This document shows positions 1-12,280 of a stretch of DNA of 64,000 bases, piece after piece. The notes beneath the pieces were generated by a model. The model was not told the origin of the DNA. It ran no database searches and saw nothing but the letters and a program-made list of their open reading frames with translations. Both the position numbers and the translations under genes were made by a program. Numbering within the stretch: position 1 is the first letter of the stretch; each line of letters begins with the position of its first letter. The stretch is from Chiloscyllium plagiosum (Eukaryota): contig NC_057726.1 in assembly GCF_004010195.1 (NCBI RefSeq), forward strand, positions 48,478,447-48,542,446. Direction: 5' to 3'.

Positions 1-272
1 TGAGAGAGGAAAGATATAAAAGAGACCTAAGGGGCAACTTTTTCACGCAGAGGATGGTATGTGTATGGAATGAGCTGCCAGAGGATGTGGTGGAGGCTGG
101 GACAATTGCAACATTTAAGAGGCATTTGGATGGGTATATGAATAGGAAGGGTTTGGAGGGATATGGGCCTGGTGCTGGCAGGTGGGACTAGATTGGGTTG
201 GGATATCTGGTCGGCATAGACGGGTTGGACCGAAGGATCTGTTTCTGTGCTGTACATCTCTATGACTCTATC
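1..272 (+). mobile_element. CR1 LINE 3' end
   Basis: FFTQR..WNELP end of ORF2, 3' UTR and CTCTATGACTCTAT tail; nearly identical to 60830-61079. Confidence 0.9.
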
Positions 273-3200
273 TATGAACTGACACATAAAGTTTTCCAAA
301 CTGATTTTTGCCTAAGTTACAAAGAAAATCAATGATGGATTCTTCAAATTGTGTTTGTGTGCTATGCTAATATTACATGGAACAATTTTTAGACTTTTTA
401 TGTCAATGCCCTCACAACATGTTTTTGTCTGGCCATTTCCTGCCCTCAAACCCATGACTGTGCTACTTTTGCTGTCACATAAACCAGTAAATAATCAGTT
501 CCTCTTTAACATGAGTATCTGCCCTCTAAGAGATATTATCTCACCAGATTTCACAACACATTTTCAAGCCAATTTTAATATTGACCAGGTACCCTGTACA
601 TAAACTCCATTAGCAGAGAGAAAATGGAAATTAAAGAAAATCTTTTGGTACTAATTTGTCACAACATATAAGCCTCAAAGGTAACTTAATTAAACTGTCT
701 CCCAATCTCTTGCTTTGTCAGACTATAAAGAATGCAGGTTTGTGTTCCTGTTAAGTTAGAGGCTAAACCATTATCAAACTAATTTCACATGAGCTCCCCC
801 TGAATAACATAACAGCATGTCTAGAAGCAAAAAGAATCATCCTAAGAGAAAAATTCATTGAGCTAAGTAAAATATTTAATTAACATAAGATACACCAGAT
901 AATTTTTGGACTTAGTAATCAAGGCAAAAATAGCTCAGCAAGTACCAGAAGCATTAATGTCTCTGCCCTTTATTTCCCAGAATATTTTGCATTTTAATTA
1001 TGTTTTCCCTTTAGTGAAGTTCTTCTATAGGTGGTATTTTCAGAAAAACTAACAGTCAATTAACTTCAACTTGGAAGCAAAATACTGAAATTTTGCCTTT
1101 CAATATTTGTTAATCTTCTTACGCTGTTGGAAATCAATCTATAAAAGTACTTTGAAAATGTGTAAGCGTTGTTTCAACCGAGATCATCACAAACTCCTGT
1201 ACCTAAATTATCCACATAAACTAGCTGTCTAAATTTTGTCGTACTGTAATTATCCCTCCTCCCAGTGATACCGCCACAACACCACCATTGGTGGAAGAAT
1301 CTAATTACAAAGGAAGTTTCCAGTATAAAAGTCGAGATTGGATTTTATGATAAAAATGTAAACTAAAGAGAGGATTTATGACTTTAGAATGGGTTCTAAA
1401 TTACATGTGTACACATTGGCTTAATCATCCAATAACCTTCTGCCTGCTGAAGGGTAAATTTAGTCTTCACTTTCTGCATATTGTACTGCAGGAGATCAGC
1501 TAGCATATTATTAAAAGTCTTGTTACATCCTATTGTTGCAACTTTTGACAAGGCTTCTATGTCAACATTTATTGTTGTAAATGTTTATGTATGTGGTAAG
1601 GACATCTCTTTTGGTCACAGTTACCTGCTACAGCTTGTTGAAACAATCACATTATTTTAAGGCTGTTCAAAAAATGTATCACCTGCTAAATTTTCTCTTT
1701 AAATAGAGTGGACATATTAAAATATATGTGTAAATAGACAAACAAAAATCATTTATGTATTTCATAATCACATAAATTGTTTTTTGTTTGTTTAAATTCC
1801 TTAATTAAAGTTCTTTTTTAATTAGAGCCTCAGCTTCTCCCAAAAAGCACAAGCTTAAATGTCATATTTTTGCCCAGTGCATTGTTTCTGTGAGCAGTGC
1901 TCTTTGAATAAACTAACTGATTTAATGGGATATTCAAGCTATTTAACCAATGGAACATTTTTTAAAGAGGTTTAAGGTATTCAAGTATATGTTCAATAAT
2001 TGTGAACTTTAAAGTACAAACAAATAAACATCAAAATATTGTGTATTAATTTTTAAGTTATTGCACATTTCAAGTATACCATATATAGGAACTCAAACAT
2101 CAATTTCATTATCATTAGCAGAAGTGACAATATTTAATGAGTAACCATTTCCTGGATTTCCTGAGCAATAGGCAAACACTATACAAATCATATTTGAAGC
2201 ATCAATGCACTGTTTTCTACAACTATTTCATGAAACAACAAGCAATGGCCTGATAACCTGAAGGAAGAGCTAGATAATCAATAACTCTTCATCTTACTTT
2301 CTTAAAAAAAATCAATAACAATATTAAACCATTTAAGGAAACAGTTGTTACTTTGAAATATTATTTTCAGATCTGTTGAAGGTTCACCATTTCATGACTT
2401 CATTCCTCTTTTGAACTATCCCTGTGATACATTTACACATACAACACATATCTCCTGCGGTGGATATAATAATTTTCTTAAGACCCATATCGTTCAGCTT
2501 AGCCTTGAGTGTTGTGGAAGGGCTTCAGGGCCTTGGAGCTTAAGATAAAATTAAAGGTACAATGAAATATGTTCTGTCATCTACTGATAGTGAGAATGAG
2601 TGGATTGATTGCAAGAGATTAAAGGGGAACAATTGTTTAATGGGAAGCAGGTGCAAGGTGCTCACATTTTAAGACTTTTACAGTAAGAAAAACTAAAAGC
2701 AAAATTGATTAAACATTATATTTCTAGACAAGGTTTACCTAGAACCCACAAAACAGGTATTCCCTTTTTAATTTCCCACTTCTACAACACTTCACTGAAA
2801 CACAGTACATTATCTTTTAAGTAGGCGTTGAATTCTCACGGAACCATTACAAAGGGATTTTTGGTTTCCTAGGATTTACTTTGGCTCTTTCCCGATCTGA
2901 GCCATGGAACTTTTAATCTCAAAAATGTTTTTTTATCATGAAGTTTGTTTTACAGGGGATTTTTTCTCTAGCCAAAACTAGCAGAATCTTCCTGCCTCAT
3001 CTTAATCCTCATGAATTTGATATTTTTGAACCGAGTACAATCTCCCATGTTCCTGCATGGTGAACCACAGCAACTTGCTATCTTTTGCTGCTCTCCTTTT
3101 CCTGGATCCCTGCAGAATAACATTACCTGAGAGTTTTCAGGGATAACCAACAAACATTTCCATGGCAACATGCATCAGATCAGCATTTTGTCTAGGCAGA

Positions 3201-3452
3201 AATGCTGTTCGATGTCCTTGAGATCCTGAACTCTCCTTTACCTTGGGAAATAAATGAACAGTTTAAAGCCCAATATCCTCAACTTGTCCTTTTGTGTTGT
3301 GATATTGTCCTTTTCCTCGAATTCCAGGAGCAGCAATTACTGTTTTATATGCTGTTGCATTGTTTTGGAACTTGGAGAAACAAAAAGTAAAAAAAAGCAA
3401 TTTTAAAAGGGAGAAGAACAGACAAAGGAAGCACATGGTGAAGTCAGTGCAT

Positions 3453-3476
3453 GAGAGAGAGAGAGAGAGAGAGAGA
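3453..3476. repeat. (GA)n microsatellite
   Basis: Direct reading of the sequence. Confidence 0.9.
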
Positions 3477-3765
3477 AGGAGAAAGAGAGAAAGAAACTCA
3501 TATTGCTAACTGACAGAGTTAGCAGTTACTGCCTTTGCTGTTGAATTCATGTATCGCTGGACATCGGAGTGAATCTGGGAAAATTAAAAAACAGTGAAAT
3601 TCACAACTGATCTTGGAGGAACCTGTTGGGAGAGGTCACAACACAGAAACAGGTAAGTGGATTTTAAGCACGGCCTTAAAATAAGTCTACAGTAGTGAGT
3701 CGAGTGGTTCTTTCTTGATTATATGTTTTATTGAGCTATGTCTCTTGATTAAACTTAAAATTTAA

Positions 3766-3997
3766 GAATGCCTCATCTTCCGCCTCGGAACACTTCAACC
3801 CCAGGGCATCGATGTGGACTTCACCAGTTTCGTCATTTCCCCTTCCCCCACCTCACCCCAGTTCCAAACTTCCAGCTCAGCATCATCCCCATGACCTGTC
3901 CTACCAGCCTATCTTCTTTTCCACCTCTCCACTCCATTTCCAGCACCACTCTACTCCAGAATCTGGTTTCCAGCATCTGCAGTCATTGTTTTTACCT
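3766..3997 (+). mobile_element. 3' end of a Penelope/Neptune-type PLE (ORF C-terminus plus part of terminal repeat)
   Basis: Translates ECLIFRLGTLQPQGIDVDFTSF, typical of the PLE GIY-YIG C-terminus. Followed by a pyrimidine-rich tract and the tail CCAGCATCTGCAGTCATTGTTTTTACCT. Confidence 0.75.
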
Positions 3998-4079
3998 GCT
4001 ATAATAAGATGAGGAAGGAATAAAAAAAAGGAAAGCTTTCTATTCCTCTTCAGCTGGTGGGAATAAAGGACAATATCTG

Positions 4080-7000
4080 CATTCAGAGAACACTCACTGG
4101 GTTAATTCCTGGGATAAAGTGGTTGTCTGAAGAGGAAACCTTCAGTAGATTTGGGTCTAAATTCGGTAAGAATGAGAGATGATATTATTGAATAATACAA
4201 GATTCTGAGGGTGGGGGCGGTTGCAGAGCAGATGCTGAGTGGATATTTCCCTGAACAAACTAAAGGGTATAGTTTAAAAATAGGGTCTTCCATCAAGATG
4301 GAGATTAGGAGGAACTTCTTGTGCAAGGGGTCAAAGTTTATGGAGATCAGTACTCAACATTGGAGATAAGGCCACAATCAGGTTAACAATGATATCATTA
4401 AATGGCAGAGCAATGTTGATAAGGTGGAATGTCCTAATCTTGATGCTGCTTCTTAAGATCTTATGGTCAAAGTCTGTGGGACCCAACAACATCCAAGCTG
4501 TCACACTGAAGATCTATGCTCCAGAATTTCTGCCTCAGCTGGAACACTGAAATCTCCCCAAACAAAGTGCAAAATTGACAAGGTATATCCTACCCACAAA
4601 ATAAAAACATAGTAAATCCAATCTAGCCAATCCCGCAGCAGTCAACTTGCAGTCATCAGCAGAATAATGGGAAGGATCATCAGGAGTGCCAACAAGCAAC
4701 ATTGGTTCATTATAAAGTTGATCACAGTTGCTCACTTGGGATCCACCAGGACCCCATTTGGTTCCAGGCACCCTGATCCAAACACCCATATAAGGACTGA
4801 ATTCCAGACATGAATTTTGAGTGATTGCACTTGACATCATGAGCATGCATGTCACACAAATGCTGATCAGTGGCCACCTACAACAGAAGAGTCTAATTGC
4901 CTCCACTTAATATTCAACAGCATTTCCATCACTGAATTTCCCACCATCAAAATCCTGAGATCAACTTTGGCCAGAAATGTGACTGGATCAGCCACCTAAA
5001 TTCTATTCTAACAGCAGGGTAGACGTTTTTGAGGATGTTACTTATAATATTGATCAGTGAATGAAATGAATTTTGATTTTGAGAAATCTTTTGATAATGT
5101 CCCACATAGGAGCTAGCAAATAAAAGTATAACACAGAGGTTTGGGGAGAATATATGAATATGGATTGAGAATCAGTTAACAGACAGAAAGCAGAGAGTAG
5201 AAATCAACAGATTATTCTCAGGATGGCAGGCTGTTACTGGTGTGGTACCACAAACATCAGTACTAGGTCCACAACTCCTCACAACCAGTGTAAATCTATA
5301 GATGCGTGCACCAATTGTAATCGGTTAAGATGTGAGATTTGTTGGAATGTGAGTTGTGAGGAGACTTCACAATCCACAATCTTCTCTTGGATTGAGAAGA
5401 CTTCAAGAAGACTTGGATAGTCAAAACTAAGTGAATGGGCCAGAACATACAGATGGAATATAACGAAAGTGTAAAATATAACGTAAAGTGTAAAGTTACT
5501 CACTTTGGTAGAAATAAAAACAGAAACACAGAACAATTCTTAAATGGTGAGAAGTTGGAGGTTTGGGTGTCCAAGGGTGATTGGTCTTGTTCATAAATCA
5601 CTTAAGCTGGCTTGCAAATACAGTTAGGAAGGTACATGGTAGATTGTCTTCATTGGAAGGGGACTTGTGTACAGGAGTAAAGGTATCTTGCTGCCATTGT
5701 ATAGCACCTCCATGAGACTTCTCCAGGCAGATTGTGTACAATTTTGGTCGCCTTACCTAAAAAGCTCTACACTTGTCATAGAGGCAGTGCAATGGAGGTT
5801 CATCAGGCTAATCCCTGAGAAGGTGGGATTGTCTTATGGGGAGAGATTGGGGAATACTGACCCAGTATTTTCTAGGTTTTGAAGAATGAGGGCTTATCTC
5901 ATTGAAACTTAGATCATTCTTACAGGATATGACAGAGTTGATCCTGGCTGTTCAGTCTAGACCCAGGGTAGTTCAGTTCAAGATTAGTGGTAGGACATTT
6001 AAGAATGACATCATGATAAATGTCTTCAATCAGAGTGTTGCTTGCAAACTATTCTATACAGACACTTTCACCAGTTTATTACTGTAAATTGTCAGGTTTA
6101 CCCAGGTGCTCTTACTGCATGAGACAAAGGATTGCAGTTTAAACTTCATTTTAATAAACAGTCAGAAGGTAAATGAGCAACTCTTACAAAACGAATTACA
6201 ATAACTTTTCCCAAAATTGGGCTCATTTCCTGAAGAACATATATAATACCCATTCTGGCTAACTCCCTTTGGCTGCTGGATTCAATTCGCTGAATTCTGT
6301 CAACAGGGCACTCGGGGTCTTCTTAGTACAAATATCAATACAGCACAGGAACAGTCCCTTCAGCCCACCAAGATTGCATCGACACATGATGCCTTTCTAA
6401 ACTGAAAACCTTTTGCCTCTACACAGTCCATATCCTTCTATTCCTATCTGCCTATTCATATATCTGTCAAAAAATGTACAAAGTTGAGTCTTGCATAAAG
6501 TCTTCGCCAGCAAAATCCTTGCTGAGGGAATGGCCACCTGCTGTCCCTTCATACCAGCTTCACTCCTCCCTTTCTCAGCCCATCTGGAATGTTCTCTTCC
6601 ATTAATGGGGTCACAGGGCAGGGGCCACAGTGCTCCATGAGTTTATGCCAGGTCATCCTAGGTGTACCAGTCCTCTTTCTATGATAATGATTACTCCATG
6701 GTTTCAGGTCATAGCAATTCTCCCATTGCTAATATCGACCACATCTGTACAATATGCAAGACAGATCTGAGCTGATTTTTGTTGGCTTTTTACCTGTGGT
6801 AGCCTTGGCCTCTTTGCATTCCATCACACCTTGCTTGCAGAAACTGTTAGCCAATTTTGTGTTGGGTCCAGTTGCTAAGGCCGTTAGTAACTTGACCACA
6901 TTGAGGTTAGTGAATCTTTGTAATTCTCTACTCCAGGAGATTGTGGAAGCTTAATTCAAAACAGAAATCAGTAGCTTTCTGGAGATTAATGACATCAAGG

Positions 7001-7110
7001 GACATGGAAATATGCAGAAAAGTGGTATTGAGGTGGTTGAACAGCCCTGTTCTAATTCATTGGCAAAGAAGACTCAGTGGGCTGAATGGCCACTCCTGGT
7101 TTTATATGCC
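4080..7110 (+). mobile_element. Cluster of old CR1/L2-type LINE fragments
   Basis: Degenerate RT/C-terminal motifs (FDNVPH, CVQFWSPYL..EAVQWRFIRLIP in ORF 5667..5882) and CR1-type 3' UTR remnants. Confidence 0.7.
6036..6900. mobile_element. Possible old solo LTR interrupting a CR1 3' region
   Basis: Starts TGTTG, ends ACCACA. Flanks rejoin as the CR1 TCAGAG..GTTAGTGAATCTTTG motif. TSD degenerate. Contains a small CR1 tail insertion at ~6325-6470. Confidence 0.4.
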
Positions 7111-7887
7111 AAACATCCTTACCTAACAGCACTGTGAGAATATCTTCATCAGACTGACTGCAACATTTCATGAAGGCAACCCCCCCCCCATCTTTTCAAT
7201 TAGGGCTGGGCAATAAATGTTAGCCTTACCAGTGATACATCTGTCCTGTGAATAAATAGCAAGAAAGCAATTCATTACCAGTCCAAAGATCTCTTTACAT
7301 AGTTGTTGTCAAGTTTTGGCTGAAAGTGCTTTGCGATGTTTTACTCCATTAAAGTTGCTTTACAAATGCAATCTCCCCTCCACTCCACAACCTGCAAAAT
7401 GCCCTGGCCTTTTTAGGAATGCAGAGAGAAGAAACAGCCCAGTGAACACAGTTAGCTGCCCGTGAATGAGGACCTTTTCCAAGGGCTCTCTCTTCATTGT
7501 TGCTTCTTTCCTGTCATTCCAAATCTGTCCCCTTGGTGTCACCACCTTCCCTCTCACTGTGGTGGTTCTGATGGTGAGTTCAGCTCAGTGCAGAAAGAAA
7601 ATCAGAAACTGGCTTTTCAACGAGCTGACAACGTTAGTATTGGCCTTTAAATAGCCAACTAAACAGAAGGGGCTGGATTACCTTTACAGGCTCCTGATCA
7701 GTTCTTTCAAAATTGGAGCCTGACAGAAAAAAACACATTTTTTCTGCAATGGGTTAATACAATCTTAAAACTCCACTGCAATGGATTACAAAGGCAAATT
7801 GAATAAGAGAATTGAATAAAAACTTGAAAAGAAATGTATAACCAGGAATAACCAGGGAAGTAGAAGTAATTGGCCAGTTCTTTGATG

Positions 7888-8300
7888 TGATTTGATTTCA
7901 TTTGATTTATTGTTGTCACATGTACTGAGATTCAGTGAAGAGTGTTTTGTGTCCTATTCAGGCAGATCATTACATACAAAGTAGCAGATCAGAGTGCAGA
8001 ATACACTGTAACAGGCAGAGAGAAGTTGCTGAGAGAGAGAGATCAGAATTAACATTTGAGAGGTCCATTTAAAAGTCTGATAACTGCAGGGAAGAAGCTG
8101 TTCTTGAATCTGTTCAGACGAGTGTTCAAACTTTTATATCTTCTGCCTGATGAAAGAGGGTGGAAGAGAGTATAACCGGGTTGGGAAGAGTCTTTGATTA
8201 TGTTGGCTGTTTTCCTGAGGCAGCAGGACATATAGATGGAGTCAATGGATGGAAGGCTGGTTGGTGTGATGGACTGGGCTGTGTTCAGGACTCTCTGTAG
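7888..8300 (-). mobile_element. Rex1/Babar-type LINE 3' fragment
   Basis: ORF 8049..8306(-) LQRVLNTAQSIT..LPSIDSIY..IIKDSSQPG..LSSGRRY..RFKNSFFPAVIRLLN; tail ACATGTGACAACAATAAATCAA. Confidence 0.85.
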
Positions 8301-8599
8301 GGTCACCAGTATGATGCAGTAAATGGTCTCTTTCTCCGGTACAGTTACTATAATTCAATCCGAACTCTAGCAACTATTGAAATATGGAAAGGTTTGGTAG
8401 GATCTTAGAATCTGCATTGGGCTGATTGAGCAAGGGGTTGTGTTTTATTATATTAGTTCGGAGAGAATGTTAACTCAGAAATCTGCAAAAATTCACTGCT
8501 CTGTAAATAGTCAATACCTGCTGGAACATGGAGACAAGCTCAGTTTGTTCCTCATGGAAGGAACCCTGACAATGCAGCATTTGATTTTCATACTGAGCC

Positions 8600-8840
8600 C
8601 TACCTGACCTCTATCATGGGGTCTTTGATGACAGTACATAGGAGAGTATGGACAAACCACTAAGTCTGACTGAGCTGACAAAAACTATTCAATCATTGGA
8701 AAGAAATAACATTCCCAAAGGTAACTGTTTACTGGTTGAGTTGTGTTTAAATTAGATGGACAACGACCTGCCAGAAGCACACAAAAGTAATCTTCTGTCC
8801 TACAGCATCACAGAATCTATGAGTAAAGGCATCACCTGAT
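8600..8840 (+). mobile_element. L1/Tx1-type RT fragment, highly decayed
   Basis: DKPLSLTELTKTIQSLERNNIPKGNCLLVELC resembles the Tx1/L1 'PLSLDELTKAL....KTPGSDGLPAELY' segment. Confidence 0.55.
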
Positions 8841-11119
8841 GTTCTTTAGAAAGAGTCTCCTGTCCTGGAAAAGCTGGTGTATGTTGTCACAAACTAGAAT
8901 ATAAGCATCATGTGAATAGGGCAATTTTCAACAAAGGGTTATAATCATCACCTCGGATGAATTCATCATCTTGCCAATTGCCATTTTACAGAAGTCTACC
9001 AAGTTAACAAGGTTTGGTCTGATTCTGCAAGATACAAATAGGCTCCCTAATAACATTACCACTGTACGTAAGTGCTGCTTCCAACCAATCTTGAGCTGGA
9101 AGGTTAATGCTTGTAAAAGTCTGGGTCTTGACATATGTTGATCAAAGGCGCACTGTGTAAAGGCAATTTACAGTAGGAAGAAATAATCATTAAGTCTGAA
9201 TCCAGAAAATTTAAAAAAATGTTAACTTTTAAAGTGGCTGACCAAAAATCCTGGTCCTGTGCAGCACATTGAGGACATCAACATCACTGAAGAAAGCTAT
9301 CTGTTCCAAGCATCTTCTGGTTGTTTTTGTTTAATGTGCTAGATTCTTCTTCCATGTGGAGGTGATCTGTTTATTTTGAAAAGATGACTTTACAGTGCAA
9401 ACATACCATCAGTGGCTAGATCTGCAAAAGCATTGGGTGTCCTCTGCTGGGCAACCTTGTTGCCTGCATTGCTTCTTCCATCACAACACCCCCACTTCAA
9501 AACAGTGGTTCCTTCCCCAATTTGCAGGCCTCTTGACTTGTATTGGACCAGTCAACCTATGGCTCAAAGTGAGACTCAAAATTGTATTGAAGCATCTCTC
9601 CGTTTTCTGCTTTCCTCTCTAGTTGCCTAGTTTGCTTGAATGCCTGCTCTAACATTAGGTCATTAAATTCCATTCCATGCAACTCTGTAACTCAGAACTT
9701 AGTACTCTCTGGGCTGTTTCCAGGGATGCATACCAACAGAAACTCAACTGCAACTGAAGAATCACCAACTTGGTGAAACATGTTCTTTAGTGTGTTTTAA
9801 ACTTGCTGGTCCTCCAATGCAAAGAGCTGTCTACAACCAAGTGGGGCTTATTCCATCATCAATGACTAATCCAGGGATCCTACCTGATTTGGATCCTTAC
9901 CCAACATTTTCTTAATGCCCCTGTATTATAGTTTGGGATTGAAATATATATTATGCTGAGCATGTGTAAAATAACCTATAACTTACCGACAACCTTTACT
10001 CAAATGAAACTACTTTGTGCTCCTCATTCCATTACTGTTAGCTAGGCAATTACATTTTCTCAACTATGTCTGACACATTCTATTCTCCACAGGCTAGCAT
10101 AATGCATGGGTTACAACTCTAACAATGACATGGTACAACATTTAAGTGTAAGTCCCTTCGCAATTAGCAACTGCACTACCACCAGTACAGAGGGAGCAAT
10201 CCCAAATCAGAGGTGAAATATCTACCCTAAGTCCTCAGTTCCAAACTGTCTGCCAGCTGCCAGCTCTCTGTGCATCTTCCAGTTTAGCCTCCACAACCCC
10301 TGACTTGTTTGACCTCCAGTTAGAATCGCTGACAATAATTGATTGCTGTCTGGGCTCTCTCCTCGTCCTCTGTAAATGTTCCAACAGTTTTGAGGTTTAC
10401 TTCCCCTTGGGATTTAAATATCTCAGCAAGTCCTCCATTAGGTTATTGTTTATGTTCAGTGACTCCCTACGGGGAAGTCAGATGTCAGCTATCACCAAAT
10501 ATTCAATTGTTGGGGAACAAGGGTGTGGAAGTAGAAATTTGAGTTACTCATTGGGCAACAGATTGTACTGCACTAGAATTGAAGCTTACTGGTGGTCACC
10601 CAGTATTAACTTTCTCTACAGTTTGCCAGCTGTTAAAGTGCATGCCAAAGCATGGGAAATTTCAAGAGCACAGGTTTAGGGTCAGACTAAAACTATGCAC
10701 AGTTCTCATCACTCTCCTACAAGATATGGACCTACAAGATTATTCTCCAAAATGATTCTACAAAATGTCAAAAGTAGTGAACCCTTTCTGGTCATGTATC
10801 TGTGTCTTTGGAAACATTTTGGCCAATTGTTATCTCCCATGATTCCTGTACTCATAAATGTTTTGCTGTCATGTTGGCTAAATTCAACTCAAACTTATAA
10901 TTTCATCTGAACATTGTCTTGCTCAATATCGTTTAGAAGTTAACAAGGTAATTAAAGCCAACAGCTATAATTCATCAATAAATACTGACTGGCTCTGCAC
11001 ACTTATTTTAGCAACTAAAGTTTTTGTTAAAAAAAAAACTAAATGGTTACAATTGAATCAGCAGTTAATCAATTAAGTAATTTGCCAACAAATATCTTCA
11101 ACAGTGCTTCACCCAACAC

Positions 11120-12280
11120 AAGTAACTGAGTCATTCTCGTGGTTCAGGTTTATGACTAGTGGGGTATTGCAAGAATCAGTACTTGGGCCCCCAGAATATA
11201 TAGCAATGATTTGGCTGTGGGAATCAAATGAAAAATTGCCAAATTAGCAGATGATTCAAAGCTAAGTGGGAATGTGTGTTTTGAGGAAGCTGTAAAGCAG
11301 TTTCAGGAGGATTTGAACAGGCTTAGTGGGTGGCAAGAAGATGGCAGAGAGAATATAATATAGAAGGGTGCGTGTTATCCACTTTGGTCAGAGAAACAGA
11401 AGTGCAGAGTATTTCTGAAATGATATGATGCTAGAAACTGGAGACATACAAAGGGACCCGAGTGTCCTTGTCAATAAGTCACGGAAGGCTATCATGCAGG
11501 AGCATCATGGAATGTAAACCTTTACTGCACCAGGATTTGAGTACAGGAGTAGTGTAGTCTTGCTTCAAATGCTGAAAGGGATGAACATGGTGATATAGGT
11601 AAAATGTTTCCTTTGGTTTGGGAGCCTAGAATCAAATGGCACAATTTTAAAATGAGTAAGATGCCACTTAGGTCTGAGATGAAGAGAAATGGTTTCATTC
11701 AGATGGTTATGAATTTTGGAATTCTCTACAGAAAGCTGTGGTAGCTCAACCTTTGAGGATGGAGAATGATTTAAGTAGAAATTAGAATTATAGAATCCCT
11801 ACAGTGTGGAAACACGCCCTTAGGCCAACAAGTCTACACCGACTCTCCGATGAGTATCCCACCCAAACCCATTTCCCTTCCCTATTACTCTACATTTACC
11901 CTTGACTAATGCACCTAACCTACACATCCCTGAACACTATGGACAATTTAACATGGCCACTTTGCCTAACCTACACATCCTTGGACTGTGGGAGGAAACC
12001 GGAGCACCCAGAGAAAACCCATGCAGACACGGGGAAAATGTGCAAAATCCACACAGACAGTCCCCCGAGGCTGGAACCGAACCCATGTCTCTGGCACTAT
12101 GAGGTAGCAGTACTAACCAACATGCCACCCAGATTGATGGATTTCTGATTACCAATAGGGTATGGGGTTATGGGGATAGGGTGGATAAAAGGCTTTGATT
12201 TGTTTGATCAGCCATAATTGTACTGAATGGCAAGGCAGGTTTGACAGACTGAAAGGCCTACTCCTGTTCCTATGTTCCTA
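11120..12280 (+). mobile_element. Degenerate CR1 fragment interrupted by a SINE
   Basis: SGVLQESVLGP and AKLADDSKL remnants; 3' tail CTCCTGTTCCTATGTTCCTA. Confidence 0.75.
11782..12130 (-). mobile_element. HE1-type tRNA-derived SINE
   Basis: Minus strand GGTGGCATGTTGGTTAGTACTGCTACCTCA..GGTTCGGTTCC (A/B boxes), central TGTGGATTTTGCACATT domain, CR1-like tail. Confidence 0.88.

Noticed and set aside
8850..10900. Possible minus-strand Tx1/L1 ORF1 remnant
   Set aside because: Only faint resemblance; not supportable without alignment.
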